DNA from: a bacterium
GTDB taxonomy: Bacteria; Zixibacteria; MSB-5A5; GN15; FEB-12
Length of the DNA stretch: 64,000 nt
Reading direction: 5' to 3'
NCBI GenBank assembly: GCA_016708025.1
Contig: JADJGQ010000004.1
Span: 54,635-118,634, forward strand
The notes below the pieces were generated by a model. It saw only the letters and a program-made list of their open reading frames with translations, was not told the DNA's origin and ran no database searches. How positions within the stretch are numbered: the stretch's first letter is position 1; each line of letters starts with the position of its first letter. Of the stretch, positions 35,061 through 45,122 are shown piece after piece. The position numbers and the translations under genes were made by a program.

Positions 35061-36548
35061 ATGAAACTAAACGAATTGGTAGCTGAGGTTGAAGGCGCGA
35101 TCATCACCGGGAACGGTGAGGTAGATATCGAAAATCTCGAGTACGATTCGCGACAGATCCGTCCGGGGTCGCTATTCATGGCGGTCAAGGGATTCAAGGA
35201 AGACGGGTACACTTATGTGACGCAGGCACTGCAGAACGGCGCGGTGGCGGTGATGGGAGAGCGAGAAGGGGCCGAAGGGGCCGCGGTCCATGTGCAGGTG
35301 CCGGATATCCGGAAGGCGATGGCGGATGTATCCGCGCGCTTTTACGGCTACCCCGGGATGCGGATCAAAGTGTGCGGCGTGACCGGCACCAATGGAAAGA
35401 CGACGACCTGCAACCTGATCAAGAAGATCATGGAAGCGCGAGGAAAGAAAGTCGGCCTGGTGACCTCGTTGTTGTACGATACCGGCGATGAGCAGTTTGT
35501 GGCATATCGGACGACGCCGGAGTCGCTGGATATGCAGCGGTTGCTGTTTTTGATGCGGAAGAATAACTGTGTGAATGCGGTAATAGAGACCTCGTCGCAC
35601 GCGCTGGCGCTTCACCGGGTGGACAATATCAATTATCGGGTGGCAGTGTATACGAATTTGACGCGGGACCATCTCGATTTTCATGGAACGATGGAAGATT
35701 ACTACCAGGCGAAAGCGATGCTGGTGCAGAAGCTTCAGGGGCCGATGAGTTACGCGGTGATCAATCTGGATGTGCCGGAGTTTCACCAGTTGTTCGGTGA
35801 ATTGAGCGGACCATTCATCGCCTACTCGCTGGGAAATAAAGAAGCGGATGTGTATGCCGGTGATTATGAGATCAAGCCGGACAAGACCATATTCGACCTG
35901 GTGACGCCGATGGGGACGCGGACGGTGTCGTTCAGACTGCCGGGGCAGTTCAATTTGATGAATGCACTGGCGGCGGCGGCAGGCGGGTTGGCGGCGGGGA
36001 TCGACCTGGATACGGTGGTGAAGGGGTTGGAAGACGCGGAGCCGATACCGGGGCGCTTCAACTATGTCGAGATGGGTCAGCCGTTTGCGGTGTATGTCGA
36101 CTACGCTCACACACCGGATGCGATCGAACGGTTATGTGAAGCCTCGCGCGGCGTGATGAAGCGCGGGCGAATACTGTTGATGTTTGGGTGCGGCGGAGAT
36201 CGCGACACGGGGAAACGTCCGCTGATGGGAACCGCGGCGACGACCTTTGCGGATCATGTGGTGGTGACTTCGGATAATCCGCGCACGGAAGATCCGCTGG
36301 AGATAATCGAGATGATCAAGCCCGGACTGAAAGGGCACAATTACGAAATACATGCGGACCGTCGCGGGGCGATCGCGGCGATCCTGGCCAAGGCACGTCC
36401 GGGTGATGTGGTACTGCTTGCCGGTAAAGGGGCAGAACGGTACCAGGAAATCAACGGAGTAAAGCACGAGTTCGATGATGCCACCGAGGCAAAGCGGGCA
36501 CTCGAACAACTCGGATATACCGGCGCAGTCGCCACAGAGGGACGTTGA
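35061..36548 (+). CDS. murE: UDP-N-acetylmuramoyl-L-alanyl-D-glutamate--2,6-diaminopimelate ligase
   Basis: GVTGTNGKTTT P-loop, DYAHTPD, and the DNPRTEDP motif typical of meso-DAP-adding MurE. Confidence 0.95.
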   Translation: MKLNELVAEVEGAIITGNGEVDIENLEYDSRQIRPGSLFMAVKGFKEDGYTYVTQALQNGAVAVMGEREGAEGAAVHVQVPDIRKAMADVSARFYGYPGMRIKVCGVTGTNGKTTTCNLIKKIMEARGKKVGLVTSLLYDTGDEQFVAYRTTPESLDMQRLLFLMRKNNCVNAVIETSSHALALHRVDNINYRVAVYTNLTRDHLDFHGTMEDYYQAKAMLVQKLQGPMSYAVINLDVPEFHQLFGELSGPFIAYSLGNKEADVYAGDYEIKPDKTIFDLVTPMGTRTVSFRLPGQFNLMNALAAAAGGLAAGIDLDTVVKGLEDAEPIPGRFNYVEMGQPFAVYVDYAHTPDAIERLCEASRGVMKRGRILLMFGCGGDRDTGKRPLMGTAATTFADHVVVTSDNPRTEDPLEIIEMIKPGLKGHNYEIHADRRGAIAAILAKARPGDVVLLAGKGAERYQEINGVKHEFDDATEAKRALEQLGYTGAVATEGR

Positions 36549-37936
36549 TCAGTTTGCGATTCGACCAATTAGCGCAGATGACCGGTGGCAGGTTACAGAC
36601 CGCCGGAAGTGGAGAACGGACATTTGCCGGAGTCTCCATTGACAGCCGCACGCTCAAGGCGGGCGAGTTGTTCATTGCGTTGCGCGGAGAGCGAGTCGAC
36701 GGGCACAATTTTATCGCACAGGCGATCGAGCGCGGCGCGGCGGGATTGATGACGGAGTTGTCATTCCAGGGTCCGGCGCTGACGAGTGATGTCGCGATCG
36801 TGGCGGTGCCGAACAGCCATGAAGCGATGATGTCGCTGGCGCGGCAGTATCGGGATATGACCTCGGCGAAGGTGGTCGGTATCACCGGTTCGAACGGGAA
36901 AACGACAACGAAAGAGATCACCTATACCCTGTTGAGCGCCGTAGACAAGGATGTCTACCGCTCTTCAGGGAATTTGAATAATCTGTTCGGGATGCCGCTC
37001 GCGATCATGGCGATGCCGAAGGAGACGCGGGTGGCGGTGCTGGAGATGGGGATCTCGCAGCCTGGTGAAATGACCAAGCTGACGCAGATCGTCCGTCCGG
37101 ACCTTGCGGTGATCACCAATATCGGCGCGACCCATCTGGAATTTCTTGGATCACTCGAAGGGGTGGCCCGGGCCAAGCTGGAGATGGTGGCCAGTTCATC
37201 GCCGGAGATACCGGTGATCATCAATGCGGATGATCCGGTGCTGACGAGAGAGATCAGCATGTACCGGGATAACTACATCACGTTTGGGATCACGCACGCG
37301 GCGACATTCGAGCCGGAGAAGATCCAGCGCCAGTCCGATGGAACGGCGATTGTGACGATCGAAGGACACCGCTTCCGGTTGCCGCTGTTCGGAGAACACC
37401 AAGTTTACAATTTGCTGACTGGGTACGCGGTGGCACGGACGCTGGGATATGGTTTTGACGCGGTTGACACCGAAGCGATCCAGTTTGTGACGGCGCCGAT
37501 GCGCGGTCAGACGGTGACGCAGCGGGGAGTGACGTTTATTGTCGACTGCTACAATGCGAATCCGGAATCGGTGCGGCTTGGGCTGAAATCATTTGCGACG
37601 ATGGAGACAAGCGGACGCCGGATCATCATTCTCGGAGATATGCTGGAGCTGGGCGCACAGGCGCAGGAATATCATCGACAGATCGGGGCATTGCTGGCGC
37701 AGCAGCCATTTGATCTGGCGGTCGGCGTGGGACCATTGGCGAAGTCGATCATCGGGTCCGCCGCCGAGGGTGGCGCGCCAAAAGAGAGATTACAGCATTT
37801 CGGCGATGCATCGACTGCCGCAAAAGAGCTGGTTGGCATGTTCAAGTCCGGCGATTTGGTGTATATCAAGGGGTCGCGCGGAATCGGGTTGGAGCGGGTT
37901 TTCAATGAGTTTACCGGTGAAGGAGCAGGGCACTAA
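36545..37936 (+). CDS. murF: UDP-N-acetylmuramoyl-tripeptide--D-alanyl-D-alanine ligase
   Basis: GITGSNGKTTTKE P-loop and Mur ligase middle and C-terminal domains. Its position in the cluster supports the call. Confidence 0.9.
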   Translation: MISLRFDQLAQMTGGRLQTAGSGERTFAGVSIDSRTLKAGELFIALRGERVDGHNFIAQAIERGAAGLMTELSFQGPALTSDVAIVAVPNSHEAMMSLARQYRDMTSAKVVGITGSNGKTTTKEITYTLLSAVDKDVYRSSGNLNNLFGMPLAIMAMPKETRVAVLEMGISQPGEMTKLTQIVRPDLAVITNIGATHLEFLGSLEGVARAKLEMVASSSPEIPVIINADDPVLTREISMYRDNYITFGITHAATFEPEKIQRQSDGTAIVTIEGHRFRLPLFGEHQVYNLLTGYAVARTLGYGFDAVDTEAIQFVTAPMRGQTVTQRGVTFIVDCYNANPESVRLGLKSFATMETSGRRIIILGDMLELGAQAQEYHRQIGALLAQQPFDLAVGVGPLAKSIIGSAAEGGAPKERLQHFGDASTAAKELVGMFKSGDLVYIKGSRGIGLERVFNEFTGEGAGH

Positions 37937-39024
37937 TGTTCTACTACTTCCTGGTGCCGCTCACCGAATATTTCAGCGGATTCAATCTGTTCCGCTATAT
38001 CACGTTCCGGACGGCCGGGGCAACCATCACGGCATTGCTGATCTGTTTGATATTCGGGCCTTTGTTCATCAAGTGGCTCCAGAAAAAGCAGATCGGCGAA
38101 GAGATCCGCGTAGATGGACCGCAGAGTCATAAGAAAAAAGCTGGCACGCCGACGATGGGCGGGATCATCATCCTGACCGGTATCATATTGCCGACGCTTC
38201 TCTGGGCGAACCTCTCTAATTTCTACGTCTTGATGTGCTTGTTAGTGACGATCTGGTTGGGGGGGCTGGGGTATCTGGATGATTATTTCAAGGCGATCAA
38301 AAAGCAGAAATCGGGATTGGTCGCGCGGAAGAAATTTGCCGGGCAGATCGCATTGGGAGTGATCTTTGCATTGGCTCTGGTGTATCTCGCTCCTGAGGGA
38401 CGATACGACGGTACAACCTCGATCCCATTTTTCAAGAATTTCGTTTTCAATCTGGGGATACTGTATATCCCGTGGATCGTTTTTGTGCTGGCGGGGACCT
38501 CGAATGCGGTGAACCTGGCGGATGGGCTGGATGGGTTGGCGATCGGTCTGATCGGGATCTGCTTCATGGCGTTCACGGCGATCGTGTATGTAACGGGTCG
38601 ACTTGATTATTCGAATTATCTGCAGATCGATTATCTGCCGGGGACGGGAGAGCTGACGGTCTTTTGCGGCGCGGTGCTTGGGTCGGCGCTCGGATTCTTG
38701 TGGTTTAATTCGCATCCGGCGCAGGTCTTCATGGGGGATACCGGCTCGCTGGCATTGGGCGGCGCGCTGGGGGCGATCGGAATACTGCTGAAGAAAGAAT
38801 TATTGCTGGTGATCGTAGGAGGCGTGTTCGTGGTGACCGCGCTCTCAGTGATCATCCAGGTATTGTCCTATCGGTATCGCGGCGGGAAGCGGGTTTTCAA
38901 AATGGCGCCGCTCCATCATCATTTCGAATTATCCGGGTGGCATGAAAATAAAGTGGTGATCCGGTTCTGGATCATGGGGGCGTTGTGCGCGTTGTTGACG
39001 CTCGCGACGTTGAAAATACGATGA
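37936..39024 (+). CDS. mraY: phospho-N-acetylmuramoyl-pentapeptide transferase
   Basis: GTPTMGG, NAVNLADGLDGLA, MGDTGSLALGG and APLHHHFE motifs. Confidence 0.95.
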   Translation: MFYYFLVPLTEYFSGFNLFRYITFRTAGATITALLICLIFGPLFIKWLQKKQIGEEIRVDGPQSHKKKAGTPTMGGIIILTGIILPTLLWANLSNFYVLMCLLVTIWLGGLGYLDDYFKAIKKQKSGLVARKKFAGQIALGVIFALALVYLAPEGRYDGTTSIPFFKNFVFNLGILYIPWIVFVLAGTSNAVNLADGLDGLAIGLIGICFMAFTAIVYVTGRLDYSNYLQIDYLPGTGELTVFCGAVLGSALGFLWFNSHPAQVFMGDTGSLALGGALGAIGILLKKELLLVIVGGVFVVTALSVIIQVLSYRYRGGKRVFKMAPLHHHFELSGWHENKVVIRFWIMGALCALLTLATLKIR

Positions 39025-40412
39025 CGTTAGAAGAGAAGATCAGAGGAAGACGAGTCGGTATTCTCGGGATGGCGCGTTCCGGCGTGGCCTCGGCGATCCT
39101 TGCGAAGCGCAAGGGAGGGAAGCCGTTTGTCTCAGATAATGCTCGGGCGGAGTTGTTGAGCGAGCCGATCGCGCGCCTGCAGAAGGCGGGGATCGAGTTC
39201 GAGGTGGGCGGGCATACCGACCGGCTGCTCGGCTGCGACTATATAGTCGTTTCGCCGGGTGTGCCGTTGACGATGGAGATGCTCAAGCGAGCACGCGCGG
39301 CCAACATACCGATCTTTTCAGAGCTTGAATTTGCCGCGTGGTTCTGCGCGGGACAAATCGTGGCGATCACCGGCACGAACGGCAAGACGACGACGACGTC
39401 ACTGACGGGCGAGATATTCAAGGCGGCGGGTGTGCCGACGTATGTGTGCGGCAATATCGGCGTGGCATTTACGGATATTGCCGATCAGGTGCCATCGAAT
39501 GGTGTCGCGGTGGTGGAAGTTTCCAGTTTCCAGTTGGAGACGGTGGCGGATTTTCGACCGAAAGCGTGCGTGATCCTGAATATCACGCCGGATCATCTGG
39601 ATCGGCATGGTTCGATGGATGGATATAAGCGGGTGAAGTACCGCATCACGGAGAATCAGGGGCCGGAAGATTATTTCATTGTCAATCGGGATGATGAGAT
39701 CCTGATGACCGATCCGGCGCAGACGCAGGCGACAAGACTGCAGTTCTCGATCAAAGATGATATCGCGGCGAATACGTTCGTGCGAGATGGCGCGCTCTGG
39801 ATACGATTCAAAGGGCGCGAGACTAAAGTGATCGCGACGGATGAGATAACGATACAGGGGCCGCACAATCTGCAGAATGCGGCGGCGGCGGTGTCGCTGG
39901 CGATGACGCTCGATATTCCAGTGAGCGCGATGGCGCAGGCATTAAAGTCATTCCCCGGAGTGGAACATCGGCTGGAGAAAGCCGGAGTGGTGGCGGGAAT
40001 CACGTTCATCAATGATTCCAAAGCGACAAATGTTGATTCGGTGGTGGTGGCGATCCGTTCGATGCGGACCCCGACCTATCTCATTATGGGTGGGCGGCAC
40101 AAAGGGGCGCCGTATACGCCGATCATCGAGGTCGGCAAGCCTATGATCCAGGGCGTGATCGCGATCGGCGAATCGCGCGAGAAGATATTCAACGATCTGG
40201 GGAAAGCATTCCCGGTCAGTTTTGCGGCAACGCTCGAAGAAGCGGTACACAAAGGATTTGAGATGGCGCATCCGGGGGAGACCGTGCTGTTGTCACCGGG
40301 GTGCTCCAGTTTTGATATGTTCGAGAATTTTGAACATCGCGGGCGCGTCTTCAAGGAGACGGTCGCATCGCTCAGAAATGGAAAGAAGAAGAGTGAGTCA
40401 GTCGGTCGCTAA
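39021..40412 (+). CDS. murD: UDP-N-acetylmuramoylalanine--D-glutamate ligase
   Basis: GILGMARSG Rossmann N-terminus and GTNGKTTTT P-loop. The ATG at 39021 overlaps the mraY stop (ATGA) and is preferred over the upstream GTG at 38985. Confidence 0.95.
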   Translation: MTLEEKIRGRRVGILGMARSGVASAILAKRKGGKPFVSDNARAELLSEPIARLQKAGIEFEVGGHTDRLLGCDYIVVSPGVPLTMEMLKRARAANIPIFSELEFAAWFCAGQIVAITGTNGKTTTTSLTGEIFKAAGVPTYVCGNIGVAFTDIADQVPSNGVAVVEVSSFQLETVADFRPKACVILNITPDHLDRHGSMDGYKRVKYRITENQGPEDYFIVNRDDEILMTDPAQTQATRLQFSIKDDIAANTFVRDGALWIRFKGRETKVIATDEITIQGPHNLQNAAAAVSLAMTLDIPVSAMAQALKSFPGVEHRLEKAGVVAGITFINDSKATNVDSVVVAIRSMRTPTYLIMGGRHKGAPYTPIIEVGKPMIQGVIAIGESREKIFNDLGKAFPVSFAATLEEAVHKGFEMAHPGETVLLSPGCSSFDMFENFEHRGRVFKETVASLRNGKKKSESVGR

Positions 40413-41493
40413 ACCTCGTTTTGACGAGACGTTGCTGTTTCTCTATCTGGGGATAGTGGCGTTTGGCCTGATCATGGTCTATTCGACGTCATCGATCATG
40501 GCAGATGGCCGGTTCGGCTCGCATTTCCATTTCCTCAAGCAGCAGGCGGTCTGGATGGTGGTGTCGCTGTTGATGATGTTCGCGATATTCCGGATCGATC
40601 TGCAGAGATGGGCGGCGCTTTCAGTGCCAGCATTGTTTGTCACGTTTATCCTGTTGGCGTTGGTTTTTTTCATGCCGGCACGCAACGGAGCGCACCGCTG
40701 GCTGATGCTTGGGCCGATGACGTTGCAACCATCGGAGCTCTTCAAGTTTGTCACGATCTACTATCTGGCGTTTTCGTTGTCGAATCCAAAGCGAGATCTG
40801 AATTCGATTCGGCAGTTGATGTTGCCCTACGGTCCGCTTCTGGGGGCAGGATTAGGATTGATCCTGCTTGAACCAAATTTGGGAATGACGATTTTGGTGT
40901 TCTTCACGGCGCTGGGGATATTTTTCCTGGCGGGACTTCGAATCAAGCATATCCTGGCGGCGGCGCTTCCGCTGGTGGCGACGGCATCGTTTGTAGTGTT
41001 TGTGATCGGATACAAGAAAGCGCGAATTCTTGACCATATCGCGGCGGTGGTTGATCCGTTGCAAGGGAGTTATCAGGTCAAGCAGTCGGCATTGACACTT
41101 GGCGCGGGGGGGCTGCTTGGTACCGGACTTGGCGAGGGGAGACAGAAGCTGTTTTTCCTGCCGTATCCGCACACCGATTTCATTTTCAGCGCCACGGGTG
41201 AAGAGATCGGATTCATCGGATTGGTGGTGTTGTTGATCGGGCTGTTTTTCATCCTCTGGCGTGGATTCAAGATCGCGGCGGCACAGCCGGATCGATTTGG
41301 CTATCTGATGGCAGCCGGGACAACCTGGTCGCTCTTCATCAATATGGCGGTTAATATCGGCGTGGTGACGGCGCTCATTCCGGTGACGGGGCTTCCGCTG
41401 CCGTTCATTTCATACGGTGGGTCATCGCTGCTGTTTTCCAGTTTGGGAATAGCTGTGCTTTTGAATCTGTCGCGACGGGTGGTGAGAGCATGA
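40378..41493 (+). CDS. ftsW: SEDS-family peptidoglycan glycosyltransferase FtsW
   Basis: 10-TM SEDS pattern (QPSELFK, HTDFIF, TGLPLPFISYGGSS). Start taken at MERRRVSQS (ATG 40378), which overlaps the murD end. Confidence 0.9.
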   Translation: MERRRVSQSVAKPRFDETLLFLYLGIVAFGLIMVYSTSSIMADGRFGSHFHFLKQQAVWMVVSLLMMFAIFRIDLQRWAALSVPALFVTFILLALVFFMPARNGAHRWLMLGPMTLQPSELFKFVTIYYLAFSLSNPKRDLNSIRQLMLPYGPLLGAGLGLILLEPNLGMTILVFFTALGIFFLAGLRIKHILAAALPLVATASFVVFVIGYKKARILDHIAAVVDPLQGSYQVKQSALTLGAGGLLGTGLGEGRQKLFFLPYPHTDFIFSATGEEIGFIGLVVLLIGLFFILWRGFKIAAAQPDRFGYLMAAGTTWSLFINMAVNIGVVTALIPVTGLPLPFISYGGSSLLFSSLGIAVLLNLSRRVVRA

Positions 41494-42659
41494 CCACTGC
41501 GCGGCTGATCTTTGCCGGCGGCGGCACGGGGGGGCACTTGTATCCGGCGATCGCGATCGCGGATCGGATGAAAGAGATGCTGTCATCGAAAATGCCGGTG
41601 GAGATCATCTTTGTCGGGACGAAGCGCGGGATCGAGTACCGGGTGCGTGAGACGCTGGGCTATCCGTTACATCTGATAAATATCCGGGGGATAGCGCGTT
41701 CATTTACGTTCTCGAATCTGGCGGTGCCGTTTTTGATAGTCAGCGCGATGTTCAAGGCGAATGCGCTGGTGAAAAAGTTTGCGCCGCATGTGGTGGTGGG
41801 GACCGGCGGATATGTTTCATGGCCGGTGCTGAGAGCGGCGAGCGGTCAGAAGATCACGACAGTGTTGCAGGAGCAGAATTCATTTCCGGGCGTGACGACG
41901 CGTCAGTTGGCGCCGAAAGCAACACGGATATATCTCGGATTCGGTAAAGCATCGGAGATGCTCAAGACGAGTGGAGAGATGATCGTGACCGGGAATCCGG
42001 TGCGCGCGAATATCTCCAAGGGGGATCGCGCGGAAGCGATGAAGGCGTTCGGGCTTGATCCGAACAAGAAAACGATTTTGGTGATCGGTGGAAGTCAGGG
42101 GGCGCGGAGTGTGAATCAGGCGGTGCTGCAGGGATTGCAGAAGTCGGTTCTGCCTGATGGGTATCAGTTGCTGTGGCAGACGGGCAAGAGGGATTACACG
42201 GAGGTATCCGCGGCTGCGGGTGCAAAGGCGAAAAGTCACGCCCTCTTCCCGTTTGAATCACGCATGGAGTTGGTGTACGCGGCGGCGGATGTGGCGATCG
42301 CGCGCGCCGGGGCGATCACGCTGGCAGAGATAGAAGCGTGCGCGATACCATCGGTCTTGATCCCGTATCCGCATGCGGCGGGAGATCACCAGCGGAAGAA
42401 CGCAGAGGAGTTTGCGCGTCAGGGGTATGCCACGGTGATCGATGAGAATGAACTGGCGGGGCACGATCCGTTGAGTGAAGCGGTCGCGCTGATCAGTTCC
42501 GGCAAAGCGGCGCAGATGCGCACGGCGATGCGGCAGGCGAATGAGAAGAGAAGTCCGGCAGTCGACATAATTGCGAATGATATTGTGAACCTCGTAACCA
42601 TGGCGATGCAGCCGGGAGCGGTGAGTGACCATAGAGCAATTGACAACAAAGGCCGTTAA
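41490..42659 (+). CDS. murG: undecaprenyldiphospho-muramoylpentapeptide beta-N-acetylglucosaminyltransferase
   Basis: IFAGGGTGGHLYPAIAIA N-terminus and the GT28 C-terminal domain. Confidence 0.95.
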   Translation: MTTARLIFAGGGTGGHLYPAIAIADRMKEMLSSKMPVEIIFVGTKRGIEYRVRETLGYPLHLINIRGIARSFTFSNLAVPFLIVSAMFKANALVKKFAPHVVVGTGGYVSWPVLRAASGQKITTVLQEQNSFPGVTTRQLAPKATRIYLGFGKASEMLKTSGEMIVTGNPVRANISKGDRAEAMKAFGLDPNKKTILVIGGSQGARSVNQAVLQGLQKSVLPDGYQLLWQTGKRDYTEVSAAAGAKAKSHALFPFESRMELVYAAADVAIARAGAITLAEIEACAIPSVLIPYPHAAGDHQRKNAEEFARQGYATVIDENELAGHDPLSEAVALISSGKAAQMRTAMRQANEKRSPAVDIIANDIVNLVTMAMQPGAVSDHRAIDNKGR

Positions 42660-42681
42660 CCGGTTTCAGAGTGATAAAGTA

Positions 42682-44058
42682 ATGTTTGGTCGATTCAAGA
42701 AACTGCATTTCGTCGGAATAGGCGGCGCGGGGATGTCCGGCATCGCGGAGATATTGGTCAACCTGGGGTACCAGGTGAGCGGCTCGGACAGTAATCCGAG
42801 CGAGATGACCGAATATCTGGCGAAGCTCGGGATAACGATCCAGAACTCGCATGTCGCCGAGAATGTCGAGGGGATCGATGTGGTGGTTATCTCATCGGCG
42901 ATCAACCCGAATAATCCGGAAGTGCAGGAAGCGCGGCGTCGCGGGATCCCGGTGATCAAACGAGCCGAAATGCTCGGCGAATTGATGCGGCTGAAGTTTT
43001 CTATCGGCGTCGCGGGGACGCACGGCAAAACAACGACGACTTCGATGATCGGCCGGATATTGCAGCATGCCAACCTGATGCCGACGCTGATCGTCGGCGG
43101 TGTGGTAGCAGAACTGGGGACCGGCGCGGCGCTTGGTACCGGTGATTACCTGGTGGCTGAGGCGGATGAATATGACAAGTCGTTTCTCGCAATGTTCCCG
43201 AGTATGGCGGTGGTGCTGAATGTCGAACCGGATCATCTCGAGTGCTACAACGGGATGGAGGATCTGCTTGGGTCATTCCTGACGTATATCAACCGCGTTC
43301 CGTTTTACGGCTCGGCGATCATTTCGGCGGATGATCCGAATATTCAGTCGTTCCGCGGCAAGATCAGCCGTCCGTACGCGACGTTTGGATTTAGCAATGA
43401 CGCAGATTATCGCGCGGTGAATATCACGCTGGAGCCGAGTCGGACAATGTTCTCGGTTTATCACAAGCAGGATCTGCTGGGGGATATCATCCTTCGGGTG
43501 CCAGGGAGACATAATGTCGCGAATGCGCTGGCCTCGATAGCGGCCTGTCGCGAGCTGGATGTGCCGTTTGCGCCGATAGCCGATGCACTGCGGGATTTCC
43601 GCGGAGTGGGTCGTCGATTCGAGCAGATAGCCGAGGTGAATCGGATACTGGTGATCGATGATTACGCGCATCATCCGACAGAGATCAAGGCGACATTGAG
43701 CGCGGCGAAAGATGTCTATCCGGACCGTCGGATCATAGCCATTTTCCAGCCGCATCTGTTCAGCCGTACGCAGCAGTTTGCATCGGAGTTCGCGCAGGCA
43801 TTGGCGCTGGCGGACCAGGTGATCCTGACGGATATCTATCCGGCGCGCGAACAACCGGTCCCGGGGGTTACCTCAGAGTTGATCCGAAAAGAAGCAGAGA
43901 AGATCGGCGCGAAACAGTTCCAGTGTGTTGGAGTCAAAGAGAACGCGCTGGACGCGGTGGTGAAGATGGCGCAACAGGGAGATGTGATCATTACGATCGG
44001 CGCCGGTTCGATCACGCATATCAAACATCTGATCGTGGAGAAGATCAAGGCTCTCTAA
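42682..44058 (+). CDS. murC: UDP-N-acetylmuramate--L-alanine ligase
   Basis: HFVGIGGAGMSGIAEIL, GVAGTHGKTTTT and DDYAHHPTE. The ATG at 42682 (MFGRFKK) avoids overlap with murG. A GTG at 42625 is an alternative. Confidence 0.95.
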   Translation: MFGRFKKLHFVGIGGAGMSGIAEILVNLGYQVSGSDSNPSEMTEYLAKLGITIQNSHVAENVEGIDVVVISSAINPNNPEVQEARRRGIPVIKRAEMLGELMRLKFSIGVAGTHGKTTTTSMIGRILQHANLMPTLIVGGVVAELGTGAALGTGDYLVAEADEYDKSFLAMFPSMAVVLNVEPDHLECYNGMEDLLGSFLTYINRVPFYGSAIISADDPNIQSFRGKISRPYATFGFSNDADYRAVNITLEPSRTMFSVYHKQDLLGDIILRVPGRHNVANALASIAACRELDVPFAPIADALRDFRGVGRRFEQIAEVNRILVIDDYAHHPTEIKATLSAAKDVYPDRRIIAIFQPHLFSRTQQFASEFAQALALADQVILTDIYPAREQPVPGVTSELIRKEAEKIGAKQFQCVGVKENALDAVVKMAQQGDVIITIGAGSITHIKHLIVEKIKAL

Positions 44059-44084
44059 GAGAGTCGTGAGCAGGGAAGCTCGTC

Positions 44085-45122
44085 ATGTTCAGTAAAGAGA
44101 TCCGTGTTTTGTTGGGAATGATAATCGTCTGCGGTGCATCGGCAGTCGCGCTGGTGCAGTACACGGATATTTGTCGACTCAACGCGGTGACGATCAACGG
44201 CGAGAAGGTACGTCGGGTCGAGGATCTCGGGCTGTTGGCGACCAAGCCGATCGTCTTCCAGCCGGTGGATAGCCTGGCGGATGCATTGATGACGCGTCGC
44301 GGGATCACCAAGGTAGATATCGACTACAAGCTTCCCAATTCGATACGCATCACCACCAATGAGCTTGAACCGGTCTGCTATCTATTGGACAGCAAGACGG
44401 GGATCATCTATGGCGTTGAGGAATCCGGTCGCGTGGTGCCGTGTGAATTGCAGGGGATCGACTGGAACGCTCCGCTTTTCACCGGTGTGGCGGTAAAGCG
44501 ATTACATGAGTATCCGCCCGATGGGCGCGTGATGCAGATCCTGAATCAGATGCGTCGGCTGAAAGAGACCGAGCCGCGGCTGTATCGCGAGATAGAAGAG
44601 ATCGATCTGAGCCGCACTGAATATGCGACACTGGTTCTGGCGAACAAGCCGTACCGGTTGAAACTTCAGTCGGAAGAGTTTGCCGAAAAGTATATCGGCT
44701 TCGATCAGTTCATGATGACGTTTCGTCCTGAGACGGACAGCGTCACCTCGTTCGACCTGACGTACACCGATATGATCATTCGGCAGGGGTATACCGAGCC
44801 GAAGGAAAAGCCGGTGATCGATACCTCTGAAGTGAATGACAAAGCGGCGATCATCGATGATGCGGATATGCTGCAGGCCTCGATCAGCAATGAGATAGTC
44901 AATAAACGGCAGGCGGCGGTAACACCGGCGAAAAAGCCGGCCGCAAAGTCGACTGCATCGGCGGTCTCCAAGAAAAAGTCGACCGGCAAAAAGAGTCCGG
45001 CTGTCACGAATAAGAAGAAGAGTTCTACAGGAGCGAAGGGGAAAACGACCAGCTCCAAGAGTGGCACGACGAAAAAGAGCACATCGGGCAAAACCACAAC
45101 GAAAGGCGCCAAGCGTGGCTGA
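44085..45122 (+). CDS. ftsQ: FtsQ-like cell division protein with Lys/Ser/Thr-rich C-terminal tail
   Basis: N-terminal TM helix and a POTRA-like region. Its position between murC and ftsA supports the call. The last roughly 70 aa are low-complexity K/S/T/A. Confidence 0.7.
   Translation: MFSKEIRVLLGMIIVCGASAVALVQYTDICRLNAVTINGEKVRRVEDLGLLATKPIVFQPVDSLADALMTRRGITKVDIDYKLPNSIRITTNELEPVCYLLDSKTGIIYGVEESGRVVPCELQGIDWNAPLFTGVAVKRLHEYPPDGRVMQILNQMRRLKETEPRLYREIEEIDLSRTEYATLVLANKPYRLKLQSEEFAEKYIGFDQFMMTFRPETDSVTSFDLTYTDMIIRQGYTEPKEKPVIDTSEVNDKAAIIDDADMLQASISNEIVNKRQAAVTPAKKPAAKSTASAVSKKKSTGKKSPAVTNKKKSSTGAKGKTTSSKSGTTKKSTSGKTTTKGAKRG

Noticed and set aside
38985-39020. Upstream-extended starts given by the ORF track for murD (38985), ftsW (40222), murC (42625), ftsA (45061), ftsZ (46296), pyrC (52972), the ECF sigma (59872) and mreB (61113).
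   Set aside because: The extensions overlap the preceding gene or a terminator and add non-conserved N-termini. Internal starts reproduce canonical N-termini and often have an SD or an ATGA/GTGA overlap.
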